Shown: piece after piece, positions 1 through 7,770 of the stretch
How the letters are laid out: each line of letters starts with the position of its first letter
Position numbering within the stretch: position 1 is the stretch's first letter
Assembly (NCBI GenBank): GCA_964510285.1
Contig: CAZEAM010000373.1
Location: forward strand, 1-41,634
Direction of reading: 5' to 3'
DNA length: 41,634 nt
DNA from: an uncultured Frankiaceae bacterium
Lineage (GTDB): Bacteria; Actinomycetota; Actinomycetes; JAFAQI01
Notes under the pieces: generated by a model
What the model saw: the letters and a program-made list of their open reading frames with translations, nothing else
Databases searched by the model: none
Told to the model about the DNA's origin: nothing
Program-made: the position numbers and the translations under genes

Positions 1-630
1 CGCGCGCAGCCGGTCGGGGAGCAACCGCAGGGCGGCACCGAGCAGGGCGAGCGACTCGGCCTCGTCGACGACCGACTCAGGAGTCGGCCCGTCCAGCTCG
101 ACGAGCACGTCCGCGAGCCCGGAGCCGGAACCTTCGGCCGAACCGGTCGGGGCGTCCAGCGACAGCACCCGCGCGGTCTCCCGCCGCGCCCGATGCGCAT
201 CGAGCTCTCGCGCCGACATCTGCAGGTTCGCCGCGAGCTCCTCCGTGGTGGGCGTCCGGCCGAGGTTCTGGCTGAGCGCCTCGAGGGCGGAGTCGATGTG
301 CCGCGCCCGCGAGCGGACCGACCGCGGTGCGAAGTCGATCGCCCGGATCGCGTCGACCACGGCACCGCGGACCCGGGCCGCTGCCCACCGTTCGAACGGG
401 ACGCCGCGAGTCGGGTCGTAACGAAGCGCCGCCTCGACCAGACCGAGGGCGGCGGCCTGCGCCAGTTCCTCGCGATCGGCGTGCCGGGGGTAGTGCGCGG
501 CCATTCCCGCCGTCAGCGCGGGGATCAGCGACAGATGCTCCTCGACCAGCTTTGCGGCCGCCGGCGACAGCGTCCTCGTCGGGTGGTCAGTCGCCGCTGG
601 CGGGAGCTCATACGCCGCGACCTCGTTCAT
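1..630 (-). CDS. FliA/WhiG-family (group 3) sigma-70 factor; the C-terminal part lies beyond the left window edge
   Basis: Absent from the ORF track because it runs off the edge. I translated the minus frame by hand and found no stop between 630 and 1. ATG at 630-628 is preceded by a GAAAGGGG SD. The product reads MNEVAAYELPP...LVEEHLSLIPALTAGMAAHYPRHADREELAQAAALGLVEAALRYDPTRGVPFERWAAARVRGAVVDAIRAIDFAPRSVRSRARHIDSALEALSQNLGRTPTTEELAANLQMSARELD..., which has the region 2/3 layout typical of FliA/WhiG sigma factors. Confidence 0.8.
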   Translation of the reverse strand, partial: MNEVAAYELPPAATDHPTRTLSPAAAKLVEEHLSLIPALTAGMAAHYPRHADREELAQAAALGLVEAALRYDPTRGVPFERWAAARVRGAVVDAIRAIDFAPRSVRSRARHIDSALEALSQNLGRTPTTEELAANLQMSARELDAHRARRETARVLSLDAPTGSAEGSGSGLADVLVELDGPTPESVVDEAESLALLGAALRLLPDRLRA

Positions 631-916
631 CGCGTGCCCCTTTCGTCCGACCGTGATCGTTCTTCGACGCCCTTGTCCCGGGCCGTGCTCGCAGTATTGG
701 CAGACCGCCACAGCGGTCTAAATAGCTCGTTCTGGTGCCATGGGTAACGGCCTAGGACCGGACTAGTCCGCGGTGCGGCGGCGGCATTTGGACCGGTTCG
801 TGGCGGATTGCCCTGCGGTCCGAGCAACGCCGAGTGGTCGGAAAGGACTGCTTCGCACCTGACCAGCGGGCGGTCCGGGGATGGCCGGAAACGGCCCGCG
901 GTTGGCGGAAGCCCGG

Positions 917-946
917 CCGAAGGTCCTAGACGCCTAGGACCTTCCG
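917..946. terminator. Perfect GC-rich hairpin about 125 nt downstream of the response-regulator stop; possible factor-independent terminator or RNA structure
   Basis: AAGGTCCTAG (920-929), loop acgc, CTAGGACCTT (934-943), with one further G:C pair outside. There is no U-tract on either strand, so the terminator role is inferred only. Confidence 0.3.
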
Positions 947-1069
947 CCCACGAGCAACGGGCGACATGTCGGACATCGGCGCAGGCACACAGCGCCGCAT
1001 CGGCGAACGAAACCGACGCCGTGACATGCTGCGACGCCACGCCGCCAGGGCGCAGCGCCTGGGACCGGT

Positions 1070-1699
1070 TCAGGCCGATTCGCGCGCGTACAACGCAGCC
1101 TGCGTGCGGCTGGTGAACTCCAGCTTGCGCAGGATCGCGGACACGTGGTTCTTGACCGTCTTCTCGGCGATCCCGCACTGCCGGGCGATCTGCCGGTTCG
1201 TCATTCCCGCCGACACGTGGTCGAGCACGCGACGTTCCTGCGGCGTGAGTGCCGACATCCCGGTCGGGCCGGGCTGCTCGGACGTGCGGAGCCGGGCGAA
1301 CACCCGATGGGTCAACGACGGGTCGAGCAGGGACCGGCCGTTTGCCACGGTTCGGATGCCGGCGAGCATCTCGTCACCGGTGGCTCGGTCGAGGAGGTAG
1401 CCGGCGGCGCCCGCGATGATCGCGTCGAACATGAGGTCGTCCCCGGAGTCGTCCGCGAGGAGGAGGCACCGGGTCCCGCATCCGCTGCTGACAATCGCGC
1501 GGCACAGTTCGACGCCGTCCCGGTAGCCGTTGCGAATCTCGATCACGACGACGTGCGGCCGGGTCGACAGGATCATCGCCAACGCCTTGCCCGGCTCGCT
1601 GGCCTCGCCGACGACTCGCATGTCCTCGGCGCGGTCGATCAGGTCGACCAGGCCACGACGAACCAGCTCGTATCGATCGACGATGAACACGCCCGTCAT
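1070..1699 (-). CDS. NarL/FixJ (LuxR-type HTH) response regulator, orphan, with a degenerate phosphorylation pocket
   Basis: 209-aa ORF. The C-terminal LuxR HTH reads LTPQERRVLDHVSAGMTNRQIARQCGIAEKTVKNHVSAILRKL. An N-terminal receiver-like fold is present, but key residues are substituted (see finding). No histidine kinase gene is adjacent. Confidence 0.9.
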   Translation of the reverse strand: MTGVFIVDRYELVRRGLVDLIDRAEDMRVVGEASEPGKALAMILSTRPHVVVIEIRNGYRDGVELCRAIVSSGCGTRCLLLADDSGDDLMFDAIIAGAAGYLLDRATGDEMLAGIRTVANGRSLLDPSLTHRVFARLRTSEQPGPTGMSALTPQERRVLDHVSAGMTNRQIARQCGIAEKTVKNHVSAILRKLEFTSRTQAALYARESA

Positions 1700-1895
1700 G
1701 ACTGCAGAGCTCCTGGGGCCGAGATTCCGATGGCGTCAAAGTAACGCCGCGAAGGCCTGTGCGTTAGGCCTGAAATCGGCTTTGATCACTTGTAACCACA
1801 CGGCCTCCCCCGGGCGGGCCAGATAGCCCCGCTTGCCATAGTTCGCACCAGACGTGTGTGATTGGTCATCCGTGTTGCGAGGAGAGGAAGTCGCC

Positions 1896-2684
1896 GTGCG
1901 AAAGCTCGTTTCCCTCGTTTCCCTGCTCGGTCTGGCCGCAGCCGCATCGACGACGCTCGCGGCGGCTCCGGTCAGCGCCGCCGGCACCCCGGACATCGGC
2001 TTCAAGGTGCCGGCGCACGCACATGCCAACAAGCCCACCAAGGTGCACTGGCACGCATCGGGGGTCGGCCACAAGACGGTCGTCCTGCAGGGCTACAACG
2101 GCAACACCAAGATCTGGGGCACGTTCCGCCACCTGCACGGGTCCAAGGGCAAGACGAAGATTCCGGCCGAGCCGATCGGCATCTATGACTTCCGGATCGC
2201 GGTCTTCGACCACGCCGGCAAGCTGATCACCGCGAAGGGCCACAAGCTGCACGTCTTCGGCAAGGTGAAGTGGAAGACGCTGTTCAAGTCACCCCTCGCC
2301 GACGGCGGCAACTACGACGGCCGGTTCCCGTACGTGTTCCGGTTCTTCAGCAACGACGTCGACTACACCGCGCTCAAGGTGACCGACAACCCATGCACAT
2401 CGGTGCACATCAGGTACATCCCCGGTGCCGACCCGGAGAGCCCGAACCAGAGCCTCAGCGGCATCGGCACCGTCAAGATCGGCCGGCACGGGCGGTCGTC
2501 GGTCCAGTCGCAGGCTGCTGCGCAGCAGGAGGGGAAGTCCCACGCCGCGCTGACCCTCGGAAAGACCTGGTCGATCAACGTGTCCGAGGACGGAGCGGGA
2601 AGCCGGATCTACAACTGGTACTTCAACGGCACGGCGGTGTGTGACCAGACCCGGATCACCGGGTTCAACACGAACCAGAACTAG
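1896..2684 (+). CDS. Secreted protein of unknown function (Lys/His-rich)
   Basis: ORF frame 1854-2684. I prefer the GTG at 1896, which lies 5 nt after GGAGAGGAAG. The N-terminus VRKLVSLVSLLGLAAAASTTLAAAPVSAAG is a classical signal peptide. GC3 is high. Confidence 0.75.
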   Translation: MRKLVSLVSLLGLAAAASTTLAAAPVSAAGTPDIGFKVPAHAHANKPTKVHWHASGVGHKTVVLQGYNGNTKIWGTFRHLHGSKGKTKIPAEPIGIYDFRIAVFDHAGKLITAKGHKLHVFGKVKWKTLFKSPLADGGNYDGRFPYVFRFFSNDVDYTALKVTDNPCTSVHIRYIPGADPESPNQSLSGIGTVKIGRHGRSSVQSQAAAQQEGKSHAALTLGKTWSINVSEDGAGSRIYNWYFNGTAVCDQTRITGFNTNQN

Positions 2685-2938
2685 GAAAACAGCCGCGCGG
2701 GAGGTCGGCCCCGGGTGCCGGTGTCGACCTCTCCGTCCGGCTTGCCGTGCGCGCACTGCAGCGCCTCGTGCACCAGGCCGTGTTCCTTCACCGACGGGTC
2801 GTTGGCCACTCGGCCGGCAGCATCGGCCGGCTCGGCCACCCTGGGTGGGGGGCTGCCCGGGCTCTCGGCGACCGGACGGTCAGCCGCCGGCGGATCCGTC
2901 TCGGATCGCTTCGGAGGGCCTGTCTCGGCTTCGCTCAT
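2681..2938 (-). CDS. Possible small acidic/Pro-rich protein downstream of the hemerythrin gene
   Basis: 85-aa ORF that fills the 283-nt convergent gap. GC3 is about 80% by hand count. No convincing SD was found and I recognise no family. Best of the frames here, but weak. Confidence 0.3.
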   Translation of the reverse strand: MSEAETGPPKRSETDPPAADRPVAESPGSPPPRVAEPADAAGRVANDPSVKEHGLVHEALQCAHGKPDGEVDTGTRGRPPARLFS

Positions 2939-2967
2939 GTCGCCGAGATACCCGGGTGAGCCACTCC

Positions 2968-3510
2968 TCAGTCCTTCAAGGCCGCGGAGATGGCGTCGCG
3001 GGTGCGGTCCATGATCGACGCGAACGGCCCGAGAACCGCGTTGGCGGTGGTGGACTTCGCGTTGGGATGCGGGTGCGTCGGAGCGACCTTCTCGACCGTC
3101 TGCATCGCCTTGCCCATCTTGGCCAAGCGCTCGGCGTCGTTCTCCCGGCGTACCAGCGGGAACTCCTGCTGTTCCTCGTTGGTGGCGTGCTCGAGCACGT
3201 CGGCGGCGAAGGCACCGAACTCGGTGAGGAAGGCGTCGCTGGCCGGGTCGAGCTTCTCCAGGTCGGCGAGCACCTGCTTGGCCTCGTTCTCCTCGGCCAT
3301 CCGCTCCTCGGCGATCCGCTTGCCGTCCTCCCCGGCAGCCCGAGTCGACGGGCGCAGGATCAGCTCCTCAGCGGTCTCGTGGACAGCGAGGGACTCTCGG
3401 AACTCGTCGAACAACGCACCTCGCGCGTCGGCGGGCGCGGTCTTGATCTGGTCTATCAGCTTCTCGACCTGCTCGTGCTGACCGATCAGGAAATCGATCG
3501 CGTCACTCAT
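2968..3510 (-). CDS. Hemerythrin (HHE cation-binding) domain protein
   Basis: 180 aa with spaced His/Glu motifs: FLIGQHEQVEKL, LAVHETAEEL, VLEHATNEEQQEFP. Confidence 0.85.
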   Translation of the reverse strand: MSDAIDFLIGQHEQVEKLIDQIKTAPADARGALFDEFRESLAVHETAEELILRPSTRAAGEDGKRIAEERMAEENEAKQVLADLEKLDPASDAFLTEFGAFAADVLEHATNEEQQEFPLVRRENDAERLAKMGKAMQTVEKVAPTHPHPNAKSTTANAVLGPFASIMDRTRDAISAALKD

Positions 3511-3577
3511 GGATCTGCGCTCCCTACTGTCGTCGAAGCCAGGGACTTACCCGCGTCCCGCTGTGGAATCCCTCGGA

Positions 3578-3907
3578 TCACACCTCGGTCAACGTGGGCG
3601 CGTGCTCCGCAGACGTGGCGTCTGTGTCCGAGCCGCCGACGTGGTGGGTCTGCGGGTCGGTGCGGGCCACGTCCGGGATCTCGCCCGTGCTCAGCAGCAG
3701 GCGGTACCGCACCATCAGCTCCGCGACCTCGAGCGCTTCGTCGTCGTGGACATCGAAGCTGTCGGTGACCCGCTGCGCCTCGAGCACGCTACGCAGCAGC
3801 TGCTCTTCCTCGATGCCCGGGAAGTCCCGGCGAAGGTGCTCGACGAGGGTAGGCCAGTCGTCGTGCTTCGGGCAGCAACGCGGGAGTTTTCCGATGCGGT
3901 CGGTCAT
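3578..3907 (-). CDS. Hypothetical protein
   Basis: ORF 3578-3946. I prefer the internal ATG at 3907 (MTDRIGKLPRCCPKHDDW...). GC3 is very high throughout. No family recognised. Confidence 0.6.
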   Translation of the reverse strand: MTDRIGKLPRCCPKHDDWPTLVEHLRRDFPGIEEEQLLRSVLEAQRVTDSFDVHDDEALEVAELMVRYRLLLSTGEIPDVARTDPQTHHVGGSDTDATSAEHAPTLTEV

Positions 3908-4058
3908 GGCAGCAGCAAACAGCGGCAAGAAATCACGGAAACCCACTCACAGGAGTCGGATAGCGGCTCTTGGCTGAGCCTCGACTCTCTGTTGAGTCGT
4001 GTAGATACCACCAGCCTGCCCGGCCCCACACCGGGACAAACCGCACGGGCATGCCACG

Positions 4059-4583
4059 TCATGAACTCGCCGCGTTCGCCCCCGCGTATCCGAACTGAAT
4101 GAGATCTGCACCTGCGCGGACCGCGAAGATGCCCGCCACATACCTGGTCAGGCGCGGCGCCACGGCCAGCCCGGTCACGAAGCCGGTCGCGATCCACTGG
4201 TCGAGGCAGAACGGACAGGTGACGAGCTCCCCGATCGACTTGCCGACCCCGGTCGCGGCGACCTCCTCCTCGACCTCACCGGGCGCGGCGGAACCTTCGA
4301 AGCGAGCAAACGGCGCGCGTAGCGGGCTGGTCACCGAGTCACGGGTGATCGTGCGGCTCAGCTTGTGCGTGGCGAGGGTCACCAGCGCCAGGTCCGAGAC
4401 GCGGTAGCTGTCCGGGAAACGCCCGGAGCGCTTCATCAGCCAAGCCGCCGCCGACACCCCGACGGCGTACACCGCCATCACTCCGGAGTAGCCCCGAAGT
4501 TCGGAAGCCGGTCGCCCGTAGCGGCGGGCTACGGGGTGGTCGGTCCCGCGGTCGGTCTCCGGCAAGAGGGTCTCAGGATTCAT
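4059..4583 (-). CDS. DUF1360-like membrane protein
   Basis: The real start is most likely the ATG at 4583 (MNPETLL...). The longer ORF to 4775 is Arg/Pro-rich shadow sequence. Motifs HKLSRTITRDSVTSPLRAPF and GELVTCPFCLDQWIA are flanked by hydrophobic helices. Confidence 0.8.
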   Translation of the reverse strand: MNPETLLPETDRGTDHPVARRYGRPASELRGYSGVMAVYAVGVSAAAWLMKRSGRFPDSYRVSDLALVTLATHKLSRTITRDSVTSPLRAPFARFEGSAAPGEVEEEVAATGVGKSIGELVTCPFCLDQWIATGFVTGLAVAPRLTRYVAGIFAVRAGADLIQFGYAGANAASS

Positions 4584-4992
4584 CGACGTGCATCGCCCGT
4601 TCCTCCGGGGCGAAGCCGCCGCGGTCGGCGCCGACGTCGGCGGCCCACGCGTCCTGCTCCTTCCCGGTCTCTGGTTCCCGCTCCTCGGCGAACCGGCCCA
4701 CCCGCTCGTCGCGGTCCTCCGGGTACGGCGAGTCGATGGCGTCACCTCGCAGCCGGCCGGGCTCCGGTTCCTCACGCGCCAGCCGGTCGCTCAAGGCCTC
4801 GCCGGCGCGCATCTCCTCGACCGTGACGCCGAAGTCGACGCTGGCGTTGGGCTGATCGCCCGGCGGAGCCGGCTCTTCCTGGGCGTCCCCGGTGATCGCC
4901 TTGGACGGCAGCACGTTCGACATGTCGGGCATGCCCTCGTCCTCCAGTGGCGAGCCGGGGTCCGGCTCCGGGGAACCCGAACCGGTGGTCAC
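4573..4992 (-). CDS. Highly acidic conserved actinobacterial protein (DUF5709-like)
   Basis: 139 aa, rich in Asp/Glu/Pro. Its start overlaps the CBS gene stop (ATGA at 4989-4992), and its end overlaps the next gene by 11 nt, consistent with an operon. The family assignment is from memory only. Confidence 0.7.
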   Translation of the reverse strand: MTTGSGSPEPDPGSPLEDEGMPDMSNVLPSKAITGDAQEEPAPPGDQPNASVDFGVTVEEMRAGEALSDRLAREEPEPGRLRGDAIDSPYPEDRDERVGRFAEEREPETGKEQDAWAADVGADRGGFAPEERAMHVDES

Positions 4993-5411
4993 GATCCGGG
5001 TTCGCTGATCGCGGCGACGAGGTCACCGACCCGATCGGGCGGGCAGGCGCGAGCGATGTCGGCCTGGCTCAGCATGCCGACGAGCTTGTCGCCATCGATC
5101 ACCGGCAGCCGGCGCACCTTGTGGTCCTTCATGGTGGTGATCGCAAGCTCGATGCTGTCGTCAGCTCCGATGGTCACGGCTTCGCCCTGGACCAGGTCGA
5201 TCAGCTTGGTCTTCTCCGGCGACTTGCCTGCCGCGACGACATCGACGACGAGGTCGCGGTCGGTCACGACGCCGCGCAGGTGGCCGTTGACGTCGCAGAC
5301 CGGCACGGCGCCGCTCGACACGGCGGCAAGCTTCTTCGCGGCCTCGGCGACGGTGGTGTCTTCCTTGAGGTACTCCGCGCCTTCGGTCATGAGATCGCGA
5401 GCGGTTGTCAT
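4989..5411 (-). CDS. CBS-pair domain protein (Hrp1/Rv2626c-like)
   Basis: 140 aa with two CBS motifs: MTEGAEYLKEDTTVAEAAKKL...VPVCDVNGHLRGVVTDRDL and IELAITTMKDHKVRRLPVIDGDKLVGMLSQADI. Confidence 0.9.
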   Translation of the reverse strand: MTTARDLMTEGAEYLKEDTTVAEAAKKLAAVSSGAVPVCDVNGHLRGVVTDRDLVVDVVAAGKSPEKTKLIDLVQGEAVTIGADDSIELAITTMKDHKVRRLPVIDGDKLVGMLSQADIARACPPDRVGDLVAAISEPGS

Positions 5412-5427
5412 CGGGTCTCCTTTCAGG

Positions 5428-6381
5428 TCAGCCGCGCACGCGCGGCAACACCTCGTCGGTCAGGAACCTGATCCCGCCTTCTTGGTCGGGACCCATCTGG
5501 GAGATGTAGACCTCGTCGAACCCGGCGTCGACGTACGCCTGGATCGACTCCGCGGCCCGGTCCGGGTCGGGGCCGCACGGGATCGCCTCGGCGACCTGGT
5601 CCGGCGAGGTGGCCTCGCCTAGCTGCTCGAACTCGACCCACGACGGCAGGTCCTGCGCGCTCTGGCCGCCGACCGCCTCGAACCCCCACAGGCGGTACGC
5701 CGTCTTTGCCGCGTCGTCTTCGGACGAGGCCCAGCAGATCTTCGTGCCGCCCTGCGTGATGCCTTTGCCGCCACCGGCGCGGTAGCGCTTGAGCAGGTCG
5801 CCGTCTGGCTGCACGGTGATCCAGCCGTCGGCGATCCGGGCCGCGACATCGGTCGCCGCCGGACCGAACCCGGAGACCAGGATCGGGGGCAGTTCCTCGG
5901 GCAACGAGAAGATCCGCGCGGCGTCGACCGTGTAGTACTCACCGCGATGGGTGACCGTCTCGCCGCGCCACAGCGCGCGGATCACGCCGACCGCCTCCTC
6001 GAGGCGCTGCAGCCGGATCGCCGTCGGCGGCCATAGCCCACCGAGGATGTGCTCGTTGAGCCGCTCCCCGGAACCGACACCGAAGCTGAAACGGCCCGGC
6101 GCGAGCGACGCGACGGTCGCCGTGGCCTGGGCGATGACCGCAGGGTGGATCCGATCGGTCGGACAGGTCACAGCGGTGGTGAACTTCAGGTTCGTCGTGG
6201 CGGCAATCGCCCCGAGCACCGACCACACGAACGCGCTCTCGCCCTGCTCACGGGTCCACGGGTGGTAGTGGTCGGAGATCCAGATCCGGTCGAAGCCCGC
6301 GCGTTCAGCGAGCTGCGCCGTCGTCACGAGCTCGGTCGGACTGAGCTCCTCGGACGAAAGGAAGTATCCGAAGTCGGTCAT
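5428..6381 (-). CDS. LLM-class F420-dependent oxidoreductase (G6PDH-related subfamily)
   Basis: The ATG at 6381 gives MTDFGYFLSSEELSPTELV...FDRIWISDHYHPW...FGVGSGERLNEH, a luciferase-like monooxygenase fold signature. Confidence 0.9.
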   Translation of the reverse strand: MTDFGYFLSSEELSPTELVTTAQLAERAGFDRIWISDHYHPWTREQGESAFVWSVLGAIAATTNLKFTTAVTCPTDRIHPAVIAQATATVASLAPGRFSFGVGSGERLNEHILGGLWPPTAIRLQRLEEAVGVIRALWRGETVTHRGEYYTVDAARIFSLPEELPPILVSGFGPAATDVAARIADGWITVQPDGDLLKRYRAGGGKGITQGGTKICWASSEDDAAKTAYRLWGFEAVGGQSAQDLPSWVEFEQLGEATSPDQVAEAIPCGPDPDRAAESIQAYVDAGFDEVYISQMGPDQEGGIRFLTDEVLPRVRG

Positions 6382-6432
6382 GCCTTTTCGGGTACCCGGC
6401 TGGTTGACGAGCACGCCTCGCAGATGGCGAGG

Positions 6433-6666
6433 TCAGGACTTGCGAGCGGTCGCCCGACCACCCTTGCGACCGGCTTCCTTCTTCTGCGCCGTCGACCCGC
6501 CCTGCGACGAGTTCGACCGGCGGGTCCCGGAGCCGCTCGACTTGCCGCCGCGGCTGGACGATCCGGGAGAGTTGGCGATTCGCGCCGCACGCTCCTTGGA
6601 CATTCCCTTGTCCTTCAGGGCTTCGTACTGCTTCTCGTTCTTGACACTCGCGCGGGTTCCAGGCAT
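6433..6666 (-). CDS. Small basic conserved protein (DUF7218-like)
   Basis: 77 aa: MPGTRASVKNEKQYEALKDKGMSKERAARIAN followed by a Ser/Gly/Arg/Lys-rich tail. The family name is from memory. Confidence 0.7.
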   Translation of the reverse strand: MPGTRASVKNEKQYEALKDKGMSKERAARIANSPGSSSRGGKSSGSGTRRSNSSQGGSTAQKKEAGRKGGRATARKS

Positions 6667-6780
6667 GTCGCACCTCCGCGGGTGGTCGTTCCCGGAGTGG
6701 CCGCCGAAATGTGCGCGGGTTTGTCGTCACCGAGTTGCGGTCATGCACACAGCAAGCGGATTGATCATGAGGAGTCAGCC

Positions 6781-7770
6781 ATGCGCAAGCAGCACGACCG
6801 AGGTGTCGCCGTCGTCACCGGTGGCACCGCCGGCGTCGGCCGGGCGACCGTACGCGAGCTGGCCCGCCGAGGGTGGGATGTCGGCGTGCTCGCCCGCGGG
6901 GCCGCCGGGCTGCGGGCGGCCGAGCACGACATCTCCCTGCGCGGCCAGCGCGGGCTCGGCGTGCCCGCCGACGTCGCGCAGCTGGACGCGGTACGTGACG
7001 CAGCCGCCCGGATCGAGTCCGAGCTCGGTCCGATCGGACTGTGGGTGAACGTCGCCTTCGTCGGTGCGCTGCGCACGGTGTGGGACACCGAACCCGAGAC
7101 CTTCCGGCGGATCACTGACGTCACCTACCTCGGCCAGGTGCACGGCACCCGCGCGGCGCTCGACCTGATGCGACCGCGCGATCAGGGAGTCATCATCAAC
7201 GTGAGCTCGGCGCTGGCCTATCGGGGCATCCCGCTGCAGGCCGCATACTGCGGAGCGAAGCACGCCGTGAAGGGCTTCACCGAGTCCCTGATCACCGAAC
7301 TGCGGCATGAAGGAAGCCACGTGCGGGTCTGCCTCGCCACGCTGCCCGGGCTCAACACCCCTCAGTTCGACTGGAACGACAACGGGCTCGACGGGCATCC
7401 GCGCCCGGTCGCCCCCGTGTTTCAGCCCGAGGTGGCCGCGCGGTTGATCGCCTTCCTCGCCGACCACCCGCGGCGCAACGCCTGGGTCGGGATCTCTTCG
7501 GCGTACACGGTGCTCGGCAACCGGGTCGCTCCCGCGCTGCTGGACCGCTACCTGGCTCGGACCGGCTTCAAGGGCCAGGTCACCGACCACGGACCGCGGC
7601 ACGGCTCGAACGTGTTCCAGCCGCGCGACGACGAAGCCGATCGCGGGGCCCGCGGGATGTTCAACGAGGAAGCGCACGAGCGCGACCCGTGGTCAGCGGC
7701 GTCGATGGCCCTGTGGGGCGCGATCGGCAACGTGGCGGAGCGGGCTCGCGAGGTTGCCCGGCGACCGTGA
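6781..7770 (+). CDS. SDR-family oxidoreductase
   Basis: ATG at 6781 follows a GAGGAG SD. Motifs: TGGTAGVGRA (NAD(P)-binding) and YCGAK (catalytic YxxxK). The upstream part of the 573-aa track ORF is shadow sequence. Confidence 0.9.
   Translation: MRKQHDRGVAVVTGGTAGVGRATVRELARRGWDVGVLARGAAGLRAAEHDISLRGQRGLGVPADVAQLDAVRDAAARIESELGPIGLWVNVAFVGALRTVWDTEPETFRRITDVTYLGQVHGTRAALDLMRPRDQGVIINVSSALAYRGIPLQAAYCGAKHAVKGFTESLITELRHEGSHVRVCLATLPGLNTPQFDWNDNGLDGHPRPVAPVFQPEVAARLIAFLADHPRRNAWVGISSAYTVLGNRVAPALLDRYLARTGFKGQVTDHGPRHGSNVFQPRDDEADRGARGMFNEEAHERDPWSAASMALWGAIGNVAERAREVARRP

Noticed and set aside
627-1178. ORFs 627-1178(-), 808-1116(+) and 966-1400(+) in or near the sigma/regulator spacer, considered as a possible anti-sigma gene.
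   Set aside because: The sequences are Arg/Pro/Ser-rich and lack any motif or SD. Parts overlap the response-regulator gene antisense. I treat the region as non-coding.
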